A stretch of 62,922 nt of DNA, filler included, from Atractiella rhizophila (Eukaryota), in NCBI GenBank assembly GCA_021432655.1. It is 5 parts of 5 records of this genome, joined end to end, with 100 filler letters (N's around TTAATTAATTAA, not from the genome) between each part and the next. Parts side by side here need not be neighbours in the genome. Positions count along the whole stretch, not along the records: positions 33,666 to 50,379 come from MU271894.1; positions 50,480 to 59,788 come from MU271923.1; positions 59,889 to 62,922 come from MU271970.1; 2 more parts are not named here. One strand, 5' to 3'. A program made the translations under genes and the position numbers. Within the stretch, counting starts at the first letter, position 1. The number at the start of each line of letters is the position of its first letter. Shown here in pieces: positions 48,259 through 60,873 of this stretch. The notes under the pieces were generated by a model that did no database searches, was not told where the DNA came from, and saw only the letters and a program-made list of their open reading frames with translations.

Positions 48259-50379
48259 AGAGGGCCAGAGAGCGATCTTCTGGAAGGTTCACCACAGACC
48301 CACTTGTAGCATCGAAAGAGCTTCACCTGTGAATCCGAAAGGTAAATCTAAAGTGATCTCGAGACCCAGAATTTGTGGAGATAGGAGAGATAGGATAGAG
48401 GGAAGAAAGGAGAGATGAAGTGACATGCATGATTTCAAGAGGGTAATGAGGTGGGAACACGGCGAGTGAAAGGGGGCTCGTAGTCGTATTCCTGGTTGCA
48501 GAGTAATCCCACTGGACGACAAAGAGGGCCGATAAACAAATCAAGCTGTACACCGCTGGTGAACACCAACATCGCCGTGAAATCTTACACGCCGAAATTG
48601 CAAGCAGTTGGATTTTCGCTGAAATCAGAACACTGCCAAATGGCTGCTTTGCGCACCAATAATCCAATGCTTGGAGCACTGCGATGGTGCTGCGTCTCAG
48701 CAAGGTGAAAAAGCTCTGCTTTGGAGCCGCTGTAGTGCCTACTGCAGTCAAACTTAGTATCCGAAAAGCCTCAGGACATCGTGCAGCAATATTTTCGCTG
48801 TCCAGCAGGCTGCAGGGCAAGGCTGCAACCGTTTCTCTTTCCGCGTTGGCGTTTGCGGCCCCAGGGGATCTTTGCCCTCTCCCATTCCAGGGCCCGTCTC
48901 GTCCTCGAGTAAGAAAATGGTCTCCATCCCCAGTAGTCCCAAGAACGGCCTCATGGTCCCTTTCGATCCCAGGGAATTGACGAATCTCCTCAAGTGATAT
49001 AGAACTTCAAGCGGCACAAGGCGGATGAGTGGGAGAAGGCATACGCTGAAGATACCAAGCTTGGGATCTGGCTGAAGTGTGTGCATCTGATCTCAATCGA
49101 GAGGAAGCAAAGTAGTTATTACTTAAACAGCTGCACTCGTGCGTTGCCTCTCTGATGCAAGAGGCGAGCATCATCACGACTTGTGATCGATATGATGCAC
49201 TTGTGCGTATTCTCGGAAACCACACATTTCAGGTCAGTTCCCATGCAGACGTGCCGAACGGGACAGGGACAGACTGTTGTTGAGCAGCGAAGGACATGTT
49301 TTCAACCTAAAACTGGAACAAGGGAAACATAGGCGAAAATCACTTCAGGACTATGATTTACGTCGTTAAGACTGAGTACTGAACGTTGAACTTTGCAACA
49401 ATTGGCCCTGATCGATCTAGATAAAGGCATGCTTGTATGATGCAGCTGAATGGCTCATCTGAACCGTCTAAATTGTACAATAAATATTTGCCACCAAGGC
49501 CTAGCCAACAAACAAAGGATGAAGAATACAAGACAGCTGTGCAGACTTGCCAAGGGATACGAAGCGCCGAAGCAAAGGGCGGGGCGATTGTTGCTCTTTC
49601 CCAAGGTCCCTGGCTCACTCTCCTCCACGCCCTTACTAGAAGTCGACAACGACCCATCGAAACTGTTATGTCACTTCTCTCCTGCTTCTCTGTAACGTGC
49701 GGATTGCGGAATTGCGGATTGCGGAATTGTGAATGGGATGTGAAAGGAAAATATTCCTGACCGGCAACATAATGAGGGAAAGCGAAAGCGCTTGCCAGCG
49801 CGAGTTGGTGTGTCATTCTGCATCCACAGGTGAGTTGACATGGTTGTATACGTGTAAATTATTCGCATTATTCTAGTATTGGACATCTGTGTATGTTCCA
49901 TTGACGTTGTTGGCTTCAGGATTGCGGCGCGCTCGTTGCTATGCGTTTCTTTTCTGATCAACGTTGGTGGAGAGCTCTAAACGTTGAGTGCATTCATAAT
50001 CGATGCATAATCCATCACTTAGGTTCCATACGGATTGTAAATGGCGAAAAGCTCGAGGAGGAAATCACTTAATGTCGCTTCTTTACTCCTCTCTTCATCC
50101 AGAGCAGGTTGAGCACCTCCTTGGCTGAGTGTGCAAAGGGTGTCCTCAAAGTCCCTCACCTTCGGCGAAGGCGCTTCGCCATATCCGCTTGCCTTTCCCG
50201 TCTTCTCTGTCTGATGCATTCTCAGTTCATCGGTATTAGCGTCAATCAACTGAAATAGAGCTCACAAGCTCTATTTGCCTGAGCTCGTCGTCGAAAGCTT
50301 CGAGTGCTTCCACACATGTGAACCACCTCCAACTGAGAAATTTCATCTGACGAATTACACTGTGGCTGGTTTGAGCGGT

Positions 50380-50479
50380 NNNNNNNNNNNNNNNNNNNNN
50401 NNNNNNNNNNNNNNNNNNNNNNNTTAATTAATTAANNNNNNNNNNNNNNNNNNNNNNNNNNNNNNNNNNNNNNNNNNNN
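50380..50479. other. Artificial contig linker
   Basis: Same 100-bp spacer. Confidence 0.97.
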
Positions 50480-50888
50480 GAGGGCGAGAGCTGGGGTATC
50501 TGGTTCGTGAGCGAGGCGGAGGTGGAGCGTGTGGGCAGGGAGGGGAAGGAGGGGAGCTGCTGTGTGCGCTGCTGCGAGGGAAACTGTGGGGCATACTGCT
50601 GGCGGTAGGCGGAGGCCATGGTGACTGTGGATTGCCTTTTGAACGTGCTCAGAACGCGAGATCGAGAATCGTCGTTTCTTGCGCAGCGCTTGTCCGTGTT
50701 TGTCCGCCACTAACAATAATTACTACCCAGTGACACCATCACCTGGATATCTCTGGCAGCCTCCCTACAGTGAAGTGTGGCTCTTGAGGTTGGGCGTATT
50801 GGTAGCCGGATATCATTAAGTGGTCCTACAAGTGAGCTGCTTACATCATTCCGCAAAACATTGCAGGAGCTCAAAATAATCTGCAGAG

Positions 50889-52357
50889 ATGTCGAACCGA
50901 TACTCCTATGCTCCTTCCTACCAACCGCCATCCAACTCCCACTCCCGCCGCGGTAGCGCCGACGCTCAGACCCTCCTCCAAGACAGGAGTGCAGATGGCT
51001 ACGGGCATTATAGCCAGGGAAGCTATGGAGGAAACTACGGAGGAGCAGGCAAGTTCAGCCCTACAGATGTAGCCGAGCAGGTCCGTTCTCTCTTTTCTCT
51101 ATTGTACACGACCGTGGTGTTGAGTGGGTCATTCTAGGACAACGTGTACGGGGTATGGCTCCGGTATCGCTAACAGAACGAAATTGACTGAGGAAATAGG
51201 TGTATAACGACTTCAACAATCGTGGTTCAGTGCCTTACTCCTCAGTGGACATGTTCGTCTCTCCTCCTCCCACAATCTCCGCGTATTCCTAACTTGCAAT
51301 ATCGTAATTGAAAAGGTACAACCACGACCTCTTTCCGACCGATACCAAATCCTTCAACTCCTCACCTACCCCCACCCCACTCAAATCCGAATTTGTCGCC
51401 GCTCCCACACTCGGTAAGACACCCATCCCTCAAAATCCCCTACACCATACACACGCTGACCATGCGACACAGGTAGAGACTGGGGACCGGGAGAAGCACG
51501 AAAAGTGAAGCAACCGCGACCTCCACCCTCGACCTGGTTCCGATCCTTTCGAGAGGAAGGATTCTGCGGCTTCAACTACAAGTCTATCGTCTTCGTCATC
51601 TTCTTCTTCCTCATAGCCCTCGGAGTGACCCTCTACTTTGTGATCCCCAGAGAACCTGGTTGGGCTTACGACCCTCAAAATCCCCTCGTTAGCAATGTCA
51701 CGGATCCGGATTTCACTAGGACTCCTTTGCCGAGTTTCCAGTGGGATGCGACGTTCAATTTGGCCGGTATGTTGAGACTTTCATCTTTCTCCTTTTATAC
51801 TGCCTTTTCTTTGCTTTGGTATTATGGTTGGGAGAGATGGTCGGATTCTGACGGGATTGGTATTTGGATAGTGGATGCGCGATCTAATTGGCTCGATCTC
51901 CATTTCAATTCTATTGATCTAACAGTCAAGGATCTGGGCACTCAGAAAGTCGTCGGGGAAGGAACGATGGGGTGTACGTTCTTACATCTACCATGAGATT
52001 TAAAGGAACACGTCCATTGAATCTGTTTTCGCTTTAGCCCACACCGTTCCAGCGAGGAAGATCACCCATCTTCCTTTTGACTTTCAATTCAATTATACCT
52101 CTCCCAGGAGTGCTTTGAACGACACCACCTTCAACGATTTCTACACCGGTACTTCTCACGTTTTTTCTCCATTTATGCATGCAGCTGATTCCAAATTCGC
52201 AGCTTGTGGACACATCTACCAAACGACCACTCGTCCAAGTCTAGATCTCAGCCTGATCATCAAGACGAGCATCAGGGGAATCATCGGCAGCAAGTCGGCG
52301 AGCACGAGCATCATCGGCATCACGTGTCCCGTCTCCATCCAAGAGACCAATGTCTGA
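50889..52357 (+). CDS. Single-pass membrane protein with a probable beta-rich extracellular region, multi-exon
   Basis: Low-complexity N-terminus, TM segment IVFVIFFFLIALGVTLYFVIPR, and a C-terminal part with DARSNWLDLHF and ITCPVSI. Short GT-AG introns. Confidence 0.65.
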
Positions 52358-52804
52358 TCACTGTCCCTTCCCTTCTTGGTAGTAGCACCACATGGACGTG
52401 GACAAAAGTTGAGTTGAGAGGAGAGACATTCGATGGACATTTTCTTCTTTCTTTCGTCTTCTTTTGGCCTCCCTTCTCTCAGTCAAAGGACATTCGAACG
52501 ATCAGTGATTTGTGAATAGTTACCCGGCATGTCTAATCCCTCGCTTCGTGCTTCTTGAAATCCATGTCTTCCTTTCTCACCCTCCAGAGCGCAAGACGAT
52601 CAAATACGATAAAAGTAGTAAAACGCCGATGGGAACAGGATTGAGATAGTCTAAAGCGAGATAGCATTACGCAGACCATTTGGCTCCATACAGAATCAAC
52701 CAGCAGAGTCAAACCGAGAAAGAACGAGAAAACGAGAGACCAGCCAGCCGTCTGCCACCCCATCCCAGTAAACTAATTTCTTCGTCCACATTCATCAACG
52801 ACGA

Positions 52805-54467
52805 TCAACCGTATTTCGCGAGGTAATCCGAAAGTTTCAACGCCCCATCCCTCAGTGCACCTTGCAGACCTATCCCCACACAAAGCTTAACAACTGACCA
52901 AACATATAATTGATTAAAAGGGAGGAAGGGACGCACTTTGGAAGTCCTCGATCCCAACCTGTTGCATCACATTCCTCGCCAGCTGTTTGGCCGCTTGATC
53001 CAATCCGGCGAAGTCTCCACTGCCCATCAAGTCTTGTTCCATCAAGTCGGGGTCTTCTTCACGACCAAAGTACTGATTGGAGCTGATCGATGTAGCGCCT
53101 GAGAATTGAGCGAGACGTTGTTGTGCCTCTGCTCGAGCGGAGGTGTCGTACATTCCCGTACCGTGGTATTCGTCTGAAGAGATGGCTTTTTGAGCGCCGA
53201 ATTTGTCTCGTGCGTAGGTTGGGGAGTCATCGATTACGCTGTTAAGTTGTGTTAGTATTTGTAAATTTCAAGGGCATGAACGCACGGAGCCTTTGCCTTC
53301 TGCACAACGGGTTCAGGACCATTTATCTGACCGAATCCCAATTTCCTGATACCCATCCCCAGTCTCTCGGTATCAGCACTATCCGTTTTCGCTTGCTGTT
53401 GCGGTCTCGACGGTGCATACTTCTTCTCATCCATCGCATTAGGCATCCTCATCGAATTCGCCGTCGCATTCGCAGCAGCGGCGGCCTTTTCTTCAGCCTT
53501 CGAATCGTATCCGAGCTTCTTAATCCGCTCCTCCTCCTCCTTCGCCTTTCTCTCCGCTTCCTCAAAGTTGATAGATGCCCCAGCTTTCTTCGCCCCGAGC
53601 TTCGGCTTAGACGAACTGGCTGCTGGGGTCGCTCGCGTCGTGCTCGCCCCCGCAGCCCTAGAGGTGGCGGAACCTGCTCGAAGGGCAGCGGAAGAAGTGA
53701 CTGTGCGTTGGACTGGTGCTTTTGCTGCAGCGGGAGCAGGGGCAGGAGTCGGTTTGGGAGCTTGAGCTACGGGCGTTGGTTTGACGGCGGGTTTGTCCCA
53801 CGAATCGAAGAAGTCGTCATCATCGTTTTTCTCCTCTTCTGCAGGCGTCGGTGCGCTTGACCCTACTGTGGCAGCATCTACCACTACTTTGCGACCATAT
53901 TGAGCCTCATCCGCTTTCGCTCTCTTCGCTAATTCTTCCTTGTATCGAAGAGCAGCTTCGGAGGTGTATTTGGCGAGTTGTTGATTGGAGGAGGAAGAAG
54001 TAGTAGGTAGAGATGAGCGATGTTTGGAGAGGAAGTCGGAGAAGGCAGCATTCCCGCCTACTTTCATGACACGCAGTTGAGCCCATTGCCATTGGTCGAG
54101 ATTAGTGGATCTAAGGTCTACGATGAATACACGTGGAGAATGGTGCAAAGAGAAACCGTACCGGACGAAACTGATATGCTGACGTGGGAGTTCTCTATCA
54201 ACCTTACTCCTCAAAGCAGCGAGATAAAGCTCACAGTCCCCATGTTCCTATGGACAGATGAACAGTCCAAGCAGATATAAACGCCTTCACACAAACGATC
54301 TCCTCAGACCCTCTTCCTGGGATGATAAGGGAAAAGAACACACCGAAAGTGGCACTGGCCCATGTTGGGGATTTTGCGCCACAGTCAGCGCATACTTTGT
54401 TCGCTGCTGGAGTCTTCAACACCTTGAATATCTCGCGTGTCTCTTCCTGGGTCGCGTAGTCTGCCAT
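52805..54467 (-). CDS. GLO3: ADP-ribosylation factor GAP, Glo3/ArfGAP2-3 type, multi-exon
   Basis: [64 protein letters not shown] and ISSNQYFG. Confidence 0.92.
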
Positions 54468-54591
54468 TCTTGCAATTTTCTCACGCAGAGAACTCGTCGT
54501 TGATTGATGCGGACGGATTCCCAACTGGCCATCCAACAACCACCAAAGACTCTGCCAAATTCTTTGAAGTTTGTAGGAAACGACAATCAAA

Positions 54592-56184
54592 ATGGATTGT
54601 ATGTATTTTATGTCTCGGAATAGGTGTGGTATTGGCACTTACATGTTATCCAGACCTGGAATCTCTCACGAATACCGTCAGCAATCTCACGATGTATGGT
54701 CAGTCCTCTCTTGTCGCACGGTATTGCGATTTATGCTCATAAATTTATAGACGTCAAGGACGCATTCGCGAAAGCGAAAGCAGGTACGCTTTGTTTATAG
54801 ATTTTAGATTGAAGGTAGCTGAGACTGATGGATGAAATAAAGTCGTGATGAACTACACGGAGATGGAAGCTAAAGTTCGAGAGGCCACGAATAATGATCC
54901 ATGGTGCGTCTTTCTCTTCCTGCATTAGAGGGAGCTGTTTGTTCAATGTGGTTCTATTTGTAAGGGGCGCGTCGTCGTCTTTGATGCAGGAGATTGCTCA
55001 AGGAACTTTCAATTTCCAACACTTCAATGAGATTATGCCAACCATCTACAAGCGGTTCGTCCATCCTCATCTTGTAGGGATGCGACATTGACGTGCAGGT
55101 GGTTATGTTCGAAGGTTTACGGAGAAAGAGGCTTACGAATGGAGACAGATCTACAAGGCCCTTCAACTGCTCGGTCAGTCTTCCTCTACGCGTGTCTACG
55201 TCCTACTTATCAGTTTGAGCGACAGAATATCTTGTCAAGCACGGGAGTGAACGAGTGGTGGACGATGCTCGTACCCATTTATCGATGATCAAGATGTTGA
55301 GGAACTTTCACTATGTGGATGAAAAAACAGGGAAGGATCAAGGAATCAACGGTTTGTCTTCTCCCTCCTCTCTGATAAGTCACAATATCATAGTACTGAC
55401 ATGAATGAATAGTGCGACAAAGAGCGAAGGAGTTGATCGACTTGCTGAGTGACATGGATAGGCTGAGGCAGGAGCGCAAAAAGGCTAAAGGTGCGACTAC
55501 TCCTTCTTGTCTGTTCCTTCTCTTGGAGCCCTAACTCATCATAAATACATTGATAGTTCAAAAGAACAAATACACGGGGCAAGGAGGAGGAGGACCGTCA
55601 TTCACAACCACTGGCGGTTCTAAATACGGAGGATTCGGGAGCGACTCCTATTTCGGTTTGTTCCCTTATGTCCTTCCTATTACTGTCGAAGCTGATTCTA
55701 AGATATTTAGCTGGCGGAGGAGGCGGAGGAGGAGAGTCGTCATACCAATCCCGCTACGATTCTGGCGGTTCGGGGAGTGCTAGCGCAAGCTACAACGACT
55801 TCCAATACGACTCTTCACGGCGCGAACGAGACCGGGACGATGGATATGATGAGTATGATGCGGGAGACGACGTCGTGAGGCGCACGGCCACTCCTCCAGC
55901 GAGTAGTGCGAGAACCCAAGCACCTGCAAGGAGCAATACGGCGCCGCAGCCTCCTGCGAGCAAGAGGGAGCAGCCAAAGGAAACTCCTAAACCGGTCGTG
56001 ACGGCCAAGAGCCTGTTCGATTTCGACTTCGATGACCAACCAGCAGCGCAGACTTCTGCCCCTGGACTTGGGAAACAACCGGCGCCAAAACTTGATGGTT
56101 CGTCTTCATTTCTCTGTGAGACCGCATGAGGATGTTGAAGTTGGAGGATTGGGTGTAGATGATTTCGACGACTTTGTTGGCGGC

Positions 56185-56216
<32 letters not shown>

Positions 56217-56700
56217 ACCAGTGATGGCTCCCCAACCGCCTCGCTCCAACACCGCACCGCAGAAGGCTTCCAACCTCTTCGATCTGCTCGATTCCACCCC
56301 AGCCCCAACTAAACCAGTGGCACCAGTTGCACCAGTCGCGCCAATTGGTGCTATGAGCCTGAACGGCTCCTCCAACCCTCCCATGTCTTTCTCCCAAGCC
56401 CCGAACTACTCTCAGCCCATCCAAGCCTCGCCCTTGCCCCTGGCTGGAGCGGGAGTAATGAAACCGATGATGCCCAGCTCCACTCTGGCTCCGTCCAAAC
56501 CTCCCGCTTCTAACGTCGTCCCTTCGCCAAGCTCTGCGGCTAACAAACCGAATGCTGATCCGTTTGGAGACCTCTTTGGATCGTCCACGACGACGACGAA
56601 GCCGCCGCAGCAGGTCTCGATGGCTGCTATGTCTCAGCAGAGCTTGTGGAACAATATGAGCGCACCGAAAGGGAATGGGACTGGCGGAGGGTTGATTTAG
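54592..56700 (+). CDS. ENT3: ENTH-domain epsin-like Golgi/endosome adaptor, multi-exon
   Basis: MNYTEMEAKVREATNNDPWGASSSLMQEIA, WRQIYKALQLL, KHGSERVVDDAR, KDQGINVR, plus DFDF, DDFDDF and DPFGDLF motifs. Confidence 0.88.
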
Positions 56701-57025
56701 ATGGATGGTTAGGTGGTTCAGTTGGAGCTGTGTGACGAAGTCATCTGGAACAGAAAGGTGCCTGGGGATTATTTAGGCTTGCAATTTAATATCGCTCTTA
56801 TATCTCTTAAGTCTTAAGTCGTTAGACTAGATGCTGGTTCGCTTGGAGTGACGGTAGTTTCGTTGGCAATTAAGACGTACATTTGTATTGACATAGGGTA
56901 TTTGGAGTACATGATACTAAAGGATATGGAAACTTCAGGATATTTACAAATTACCGACTGAACCCACCATCGCTCCCAAAAGCAAGAACAAACAAAGAAT
57001 GTTCGTCAACATACAGTATGCAAAC

Positions 57026-57773
57026 TCAAGCCTTCCCAACATTCTTAACAGCCTCTTCGATGCTCATCTCCCTCGCATCCCTCTCTCCTTCCCTCTGTTC
57101 CTGCAACGACCTCCTTCCAGCGTTCGGGCTTCCCTCCGCTCCTGCCTGTTTGCTGTCAGCAGGAAGAGGAGGCATCACTCGTCTCCCGCCGAATTCTGTC
57201 GGAGTCTCCTTCGCCGTCGTGGTCGTCGCCGTCGGAGCCCGGGAAGAATGTGGCAACCCTGCTTCGGTTGAAGGGGCGGCAGTGACGGTAGTCGACGTTC
57301 TTCCCCTCCTCCATCCTGTCGAAGATCGTTTCAAAGATTGAATAGCGGACTTCATATCCCTCGTCCCTTTCCACCATACCACCAGACTTCAGCGACCAGT
57401 CTTCCGAAAGCCAATGCTAATGTTAATTAAGAAAAGCACACCTTTGTTGGCCACATCTTGCCACGCCGCACTACCCCTAGGTTTGTCGCTCACTCTCCTT
57501 TCTGATGGATCCGGATCCGTGATTCGTGGTGGAGGCTCCCGACGACCGCTTATCCCTTCTCCTAATCCATCGGCGGCCGCATTGACGTTCCCTCTGATGG
57601 AGTCACCGAGACCGCGGACGATGGTGAAGGTGTCCCTTTATGGACAAGTCAGGCGCAGTCGGTATTGGAGCTGATATTGTAATGTAAGAGTCTTACCTGA
57701 TAATGGTCCCAATGCCGGATGTGCGTCGGCGGGTCTTCTCTGCGCTTGGGCTGGTGGATTCTTCGTAAGACAT
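57026..57773 (-). CDS. Small hypothetical protein, multi-exon
   Basis: ATG at 57773, GT-AG introns, and coding-like exons VRGLGDSIRGNVNAAADGLG and TRDMKSAIQSLKR. Confidence 0.5.
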
Positions 57774-58052
57774 TTTCGTGTGGTATTCGTTAGATTGTGG
57801 CGTAAATGGTAATGTTAAAGTGGTGTGAGTATCTGCTTTTGTAGGTAACTTGTAGGCTGTAACGATGACGTCGTGTCTTCCAGAAGCTCAAGCTCCAGAT
57901 CACCGTGCTGCGGCCAAACATACACAATTTGATTCGTAAACGAGGTATAGCCGAGAAGCAGGAGATGCCGACGAACGCCACGTACGCGGGTTGCAAAGAG
58001 CACAAGCAACTCCCTTTGGCAATTAGCAGAGTCCGACTTATTTTGTGAGGAC

Positions 58053-59788
58053 ATGGCTCCAGCATCCACCGCCTTCACGGACGAGTTCTTCACCCCCCTG
58101 TCTCCTCCCGGCTCTCCCTCAACTCCCGCCGCCTCGCCCTCGAAGCGCTCCACACGCTCCACAGGCAACCACAACCGCGTGCGCTATCTCGGCTTCGAGC
58201 GCACCCTCTCCTCCAAACGGAGTCCGAGCACGATCCAGTACCGAATCGGGGACGTCGTGCTCGTTTCTCCCGATCTCAAGGTGCTCCCAAACTGGCTCAA
58301 AGAGCCCGTGACGGGGTCGAATTCGAGGGCCAAGGCGAAGCTGAAGAAGTTGCAGGATGGGTTTTGGTGGGAGGGTCATGATGATGGGTTGTCGAGGAAT
58401 GTCAAGGTGGCGGTGGTGGAGTCTTTGTATGAGGATGAGAGGGGGGAGAAGATGGGCACGTTTAGGTGGTCGGTGAGACCAAAGTATGTGTGGGATTCGA
58501 AGAAGGGTCCAGGAGATGAAGGGCAGGATGTGCACGAGGTGCGTCTTTTTCTGGTATTCCTGGGATTGGCAGAGATTGAAAGGAGCGTGATGGATTGAAG
58601 CAAGAGCTTTATTATTCTCACGACTCCCAACACGCCTCTCGTTCTTCAAAGTCCCGAAAAGACTATCAACCTAAAACGACAGACCACATCCCAATCCGCT
58701 TCCTCCTTCCCGCTCTTCCAGTCACCGTGTTGTCCTCTTCCTCATTTTTCGCACGACCAGACGCCGAGAAGGTGAAAGGCAAAGTCTTCTTCGTGCGACA
58801 GGTGTACGACGTTCGTCCTATAGCTAATGGAGGCGAAGAAGAGTGGTTTTACGATGTGGAGGACTTCGAGGCGATATGGAAGGAGTGTTTATCTCGGGGC
58901 TGCTGGGATATAGATGTTGGCACAGAGGAGGAACAGCCTGAGGAAGTTGTGGAGGTGAAGAGCCCGAGTAAGGGGACGAAGAAGAGGCGAATAGAGGATA
59001 GGAAGTATGAGACGCCGAAGAAGCGGAGGAGAGTGGAAATAGAGCCCTTGGGAGATGTTGTTAGCTCTTCAGACAGCTCTGAAGGGAGCAGCGATGACTA
59101 TGAAGACTCAGTATGCCTTCTGCTTTCTCTCTTCGAGTCTATATGTTGACTGATGGAACGGTAGACTTCAGAATCCGAGGAAGAAGATTCGGATGACGCA
59201 GATTGGTTCTCCATGTCCACACCAACGAAGCCTCGGAGTCCTTCAAAACGGTCTCCGAGCAAGCGGTCGCCTACGAAGCGGAAGCGTCCGATTGGCGGGG
59301 TGAAGCTCCAAGGAGGACTTGCGGCCAAGAAGCGAAGGGAAGCGCTTGCCCAACGGCGAGAAGAGCGAAAAGCACGACGCGTGTCCGTCCTCCTCTGCCT
59401 TACCCTCTGCTCAGACTTGAGACCGATGACTGACTGATACGACGCCTACAGAGCACGCGGACCTCCTCGACTGGCTTTCGCGCCGTCTCAGATCCCTCTA
59501 CCACAAAATTTGACGCCGTTTCAGAAGGCAGCGCAGATCTTACACGTTTCTGCGACCCCCGAGTTCTTGCCTTGTAGAGATGAAGAGTTTGTGCAGATTG
59601 AGAGTTTCTTGGAGGATGCTATAGACGAGGGAACTGGTGGTTGTTTGTGTGCGTATGCGAGCTCTGTTGGTGGACAATGATTGAAGCTGAGAGTTAGACG
59701 TGGCTGGTGTTCCCGGCACGGGAAAGACTGCAACAGTCCTCAGCTTGGTCAAGGTGCTGCAGGAGCGAGCAGCGCAAGGAGTTAGTTC
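58053..59788 (+). CDS. ORC1: Origin recognition complex subunit 1, 5' part (BAH-like region and start of AAA+), cut by a gap
   Basis: YRIGDVVLV and ELYYS, then LHVSATPEFLPCRDEEF and GGCLYVAGVPGTGKTATV. Confidence 0.92.
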
Positions 59789-59888
59789 NNNNNNNNNNNN
59801 NNNNNNNNNNNNNNNNNNNNNNNNNNNNNNNNTTAATTAATTAANNNNNNNNNNNNNNNNNNNNNNNNNNNNNNNNNNNNNNNNNNNN
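59789..59888. other. Artificial contig linker
   Basis: Same 100-bp spacer. Confidence 0.97.
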
Positions 59889-60873
59889 CAGAGGCCCTCT
59901 CCTGAAAGCCTTACTCCGCCTCGGTATCAAAGTCCTGACGAGAGAACGTCTCCTTCAGGCTTAGCGAGCGTGAGCAAACATCGCGTCCTCGTCAACTTGC
60001 ACGAGAAGTATCAGACTTTCGACACGAACACGTTTTCAACAAGATTCCTTAGGGAAGAAGAAGAAGAAAAGGTGACCCTTCAAGGTATGTCGTTCCTCGC
60101 TGCTTTGAGCAAGACGAAGTAACGCAGAAGTGTTTGTGGAGGATAGAATTGATGCAAGAATTCGCTGAGCTCTGCGCCGAATTCTGCACTTGGTTCTCCG
60201 TCAGAATAGAGCAACTGGGTGAAGAAACGTCCCAAAGTTTGGAGGCTAAAGTCACGGAAGTTCAAAAACTAGAACGCGACCAGGGTTTGTTACTTTCTGT
60301 CTCTTCTTCGTAATTGCTCAACTTAAGCGAAACTGTGGATAGAGCAGAAACGACTGAGGATGCTCAAAGCCGTTGAGGGCATCAACAAATGCCTGAGACT
60401 TTTGCAAGAGCCTTCGATCGTCGAGCGAGCTTGACTAGCTTCAGTAAAATGGTGGAAGGCGACGCTTTCACTTCTCTTACTTTGCACATACTCACCTTGT
60501 TTCGTTGGCTTCTGAGTTATTCTGCTGTGGCTGTTGGGTTAGAAAAAAATCTGCGCCGTACCTGCCATGGTGTCTGGTAAATCCTTTCCATGTATTATCA
60601 ATCAGCCATGTTATTTTATCGTGTCTTTGCGGTCGGGGTAAGCTGGAGTATCGCTCTGAATTTGAAGTTTGAAGAAAAACCTTGTAAACAAGGAAAATGG
60701 GATAGCCTGGTGCAGTAGTTCATCACGTGCCACCTATTTGTCAAGAAGGGATCCTGTTTACCGTGCTTATCAAAATATTGGAAGGAGGGCATTTTCTCGA
60801 TCTACCAACATCTTATACGGCATTCGCCGCGCAAAGTGAGGCGTTCCGTTGCATCTCTAATGCCTCTGATGGA

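Noticed and set aside
48289..50379. Many short ORFs and a doubled GCGGATTGCGGAATT
   Set aside because: No recognisable domain, splice pattern or element ends.
53249..53860. Long antisense ORFs over GLO3 (also over ENT3, ILV6 and ORC1)
   Set aside because: These are shadow ORFs of GC-rich, low-complexity coding sequence on the opposite strand.
16750..59888. TTAATTAATTAA palindromes in N runs, and gene neighbourhoods across them
   Set aside because: These are artificial linkers. The first three pieces are 16749 or more, 16716 and 16714 bp, which looks like size-sorted concatenation, so cross-gap synteny is meaningless.
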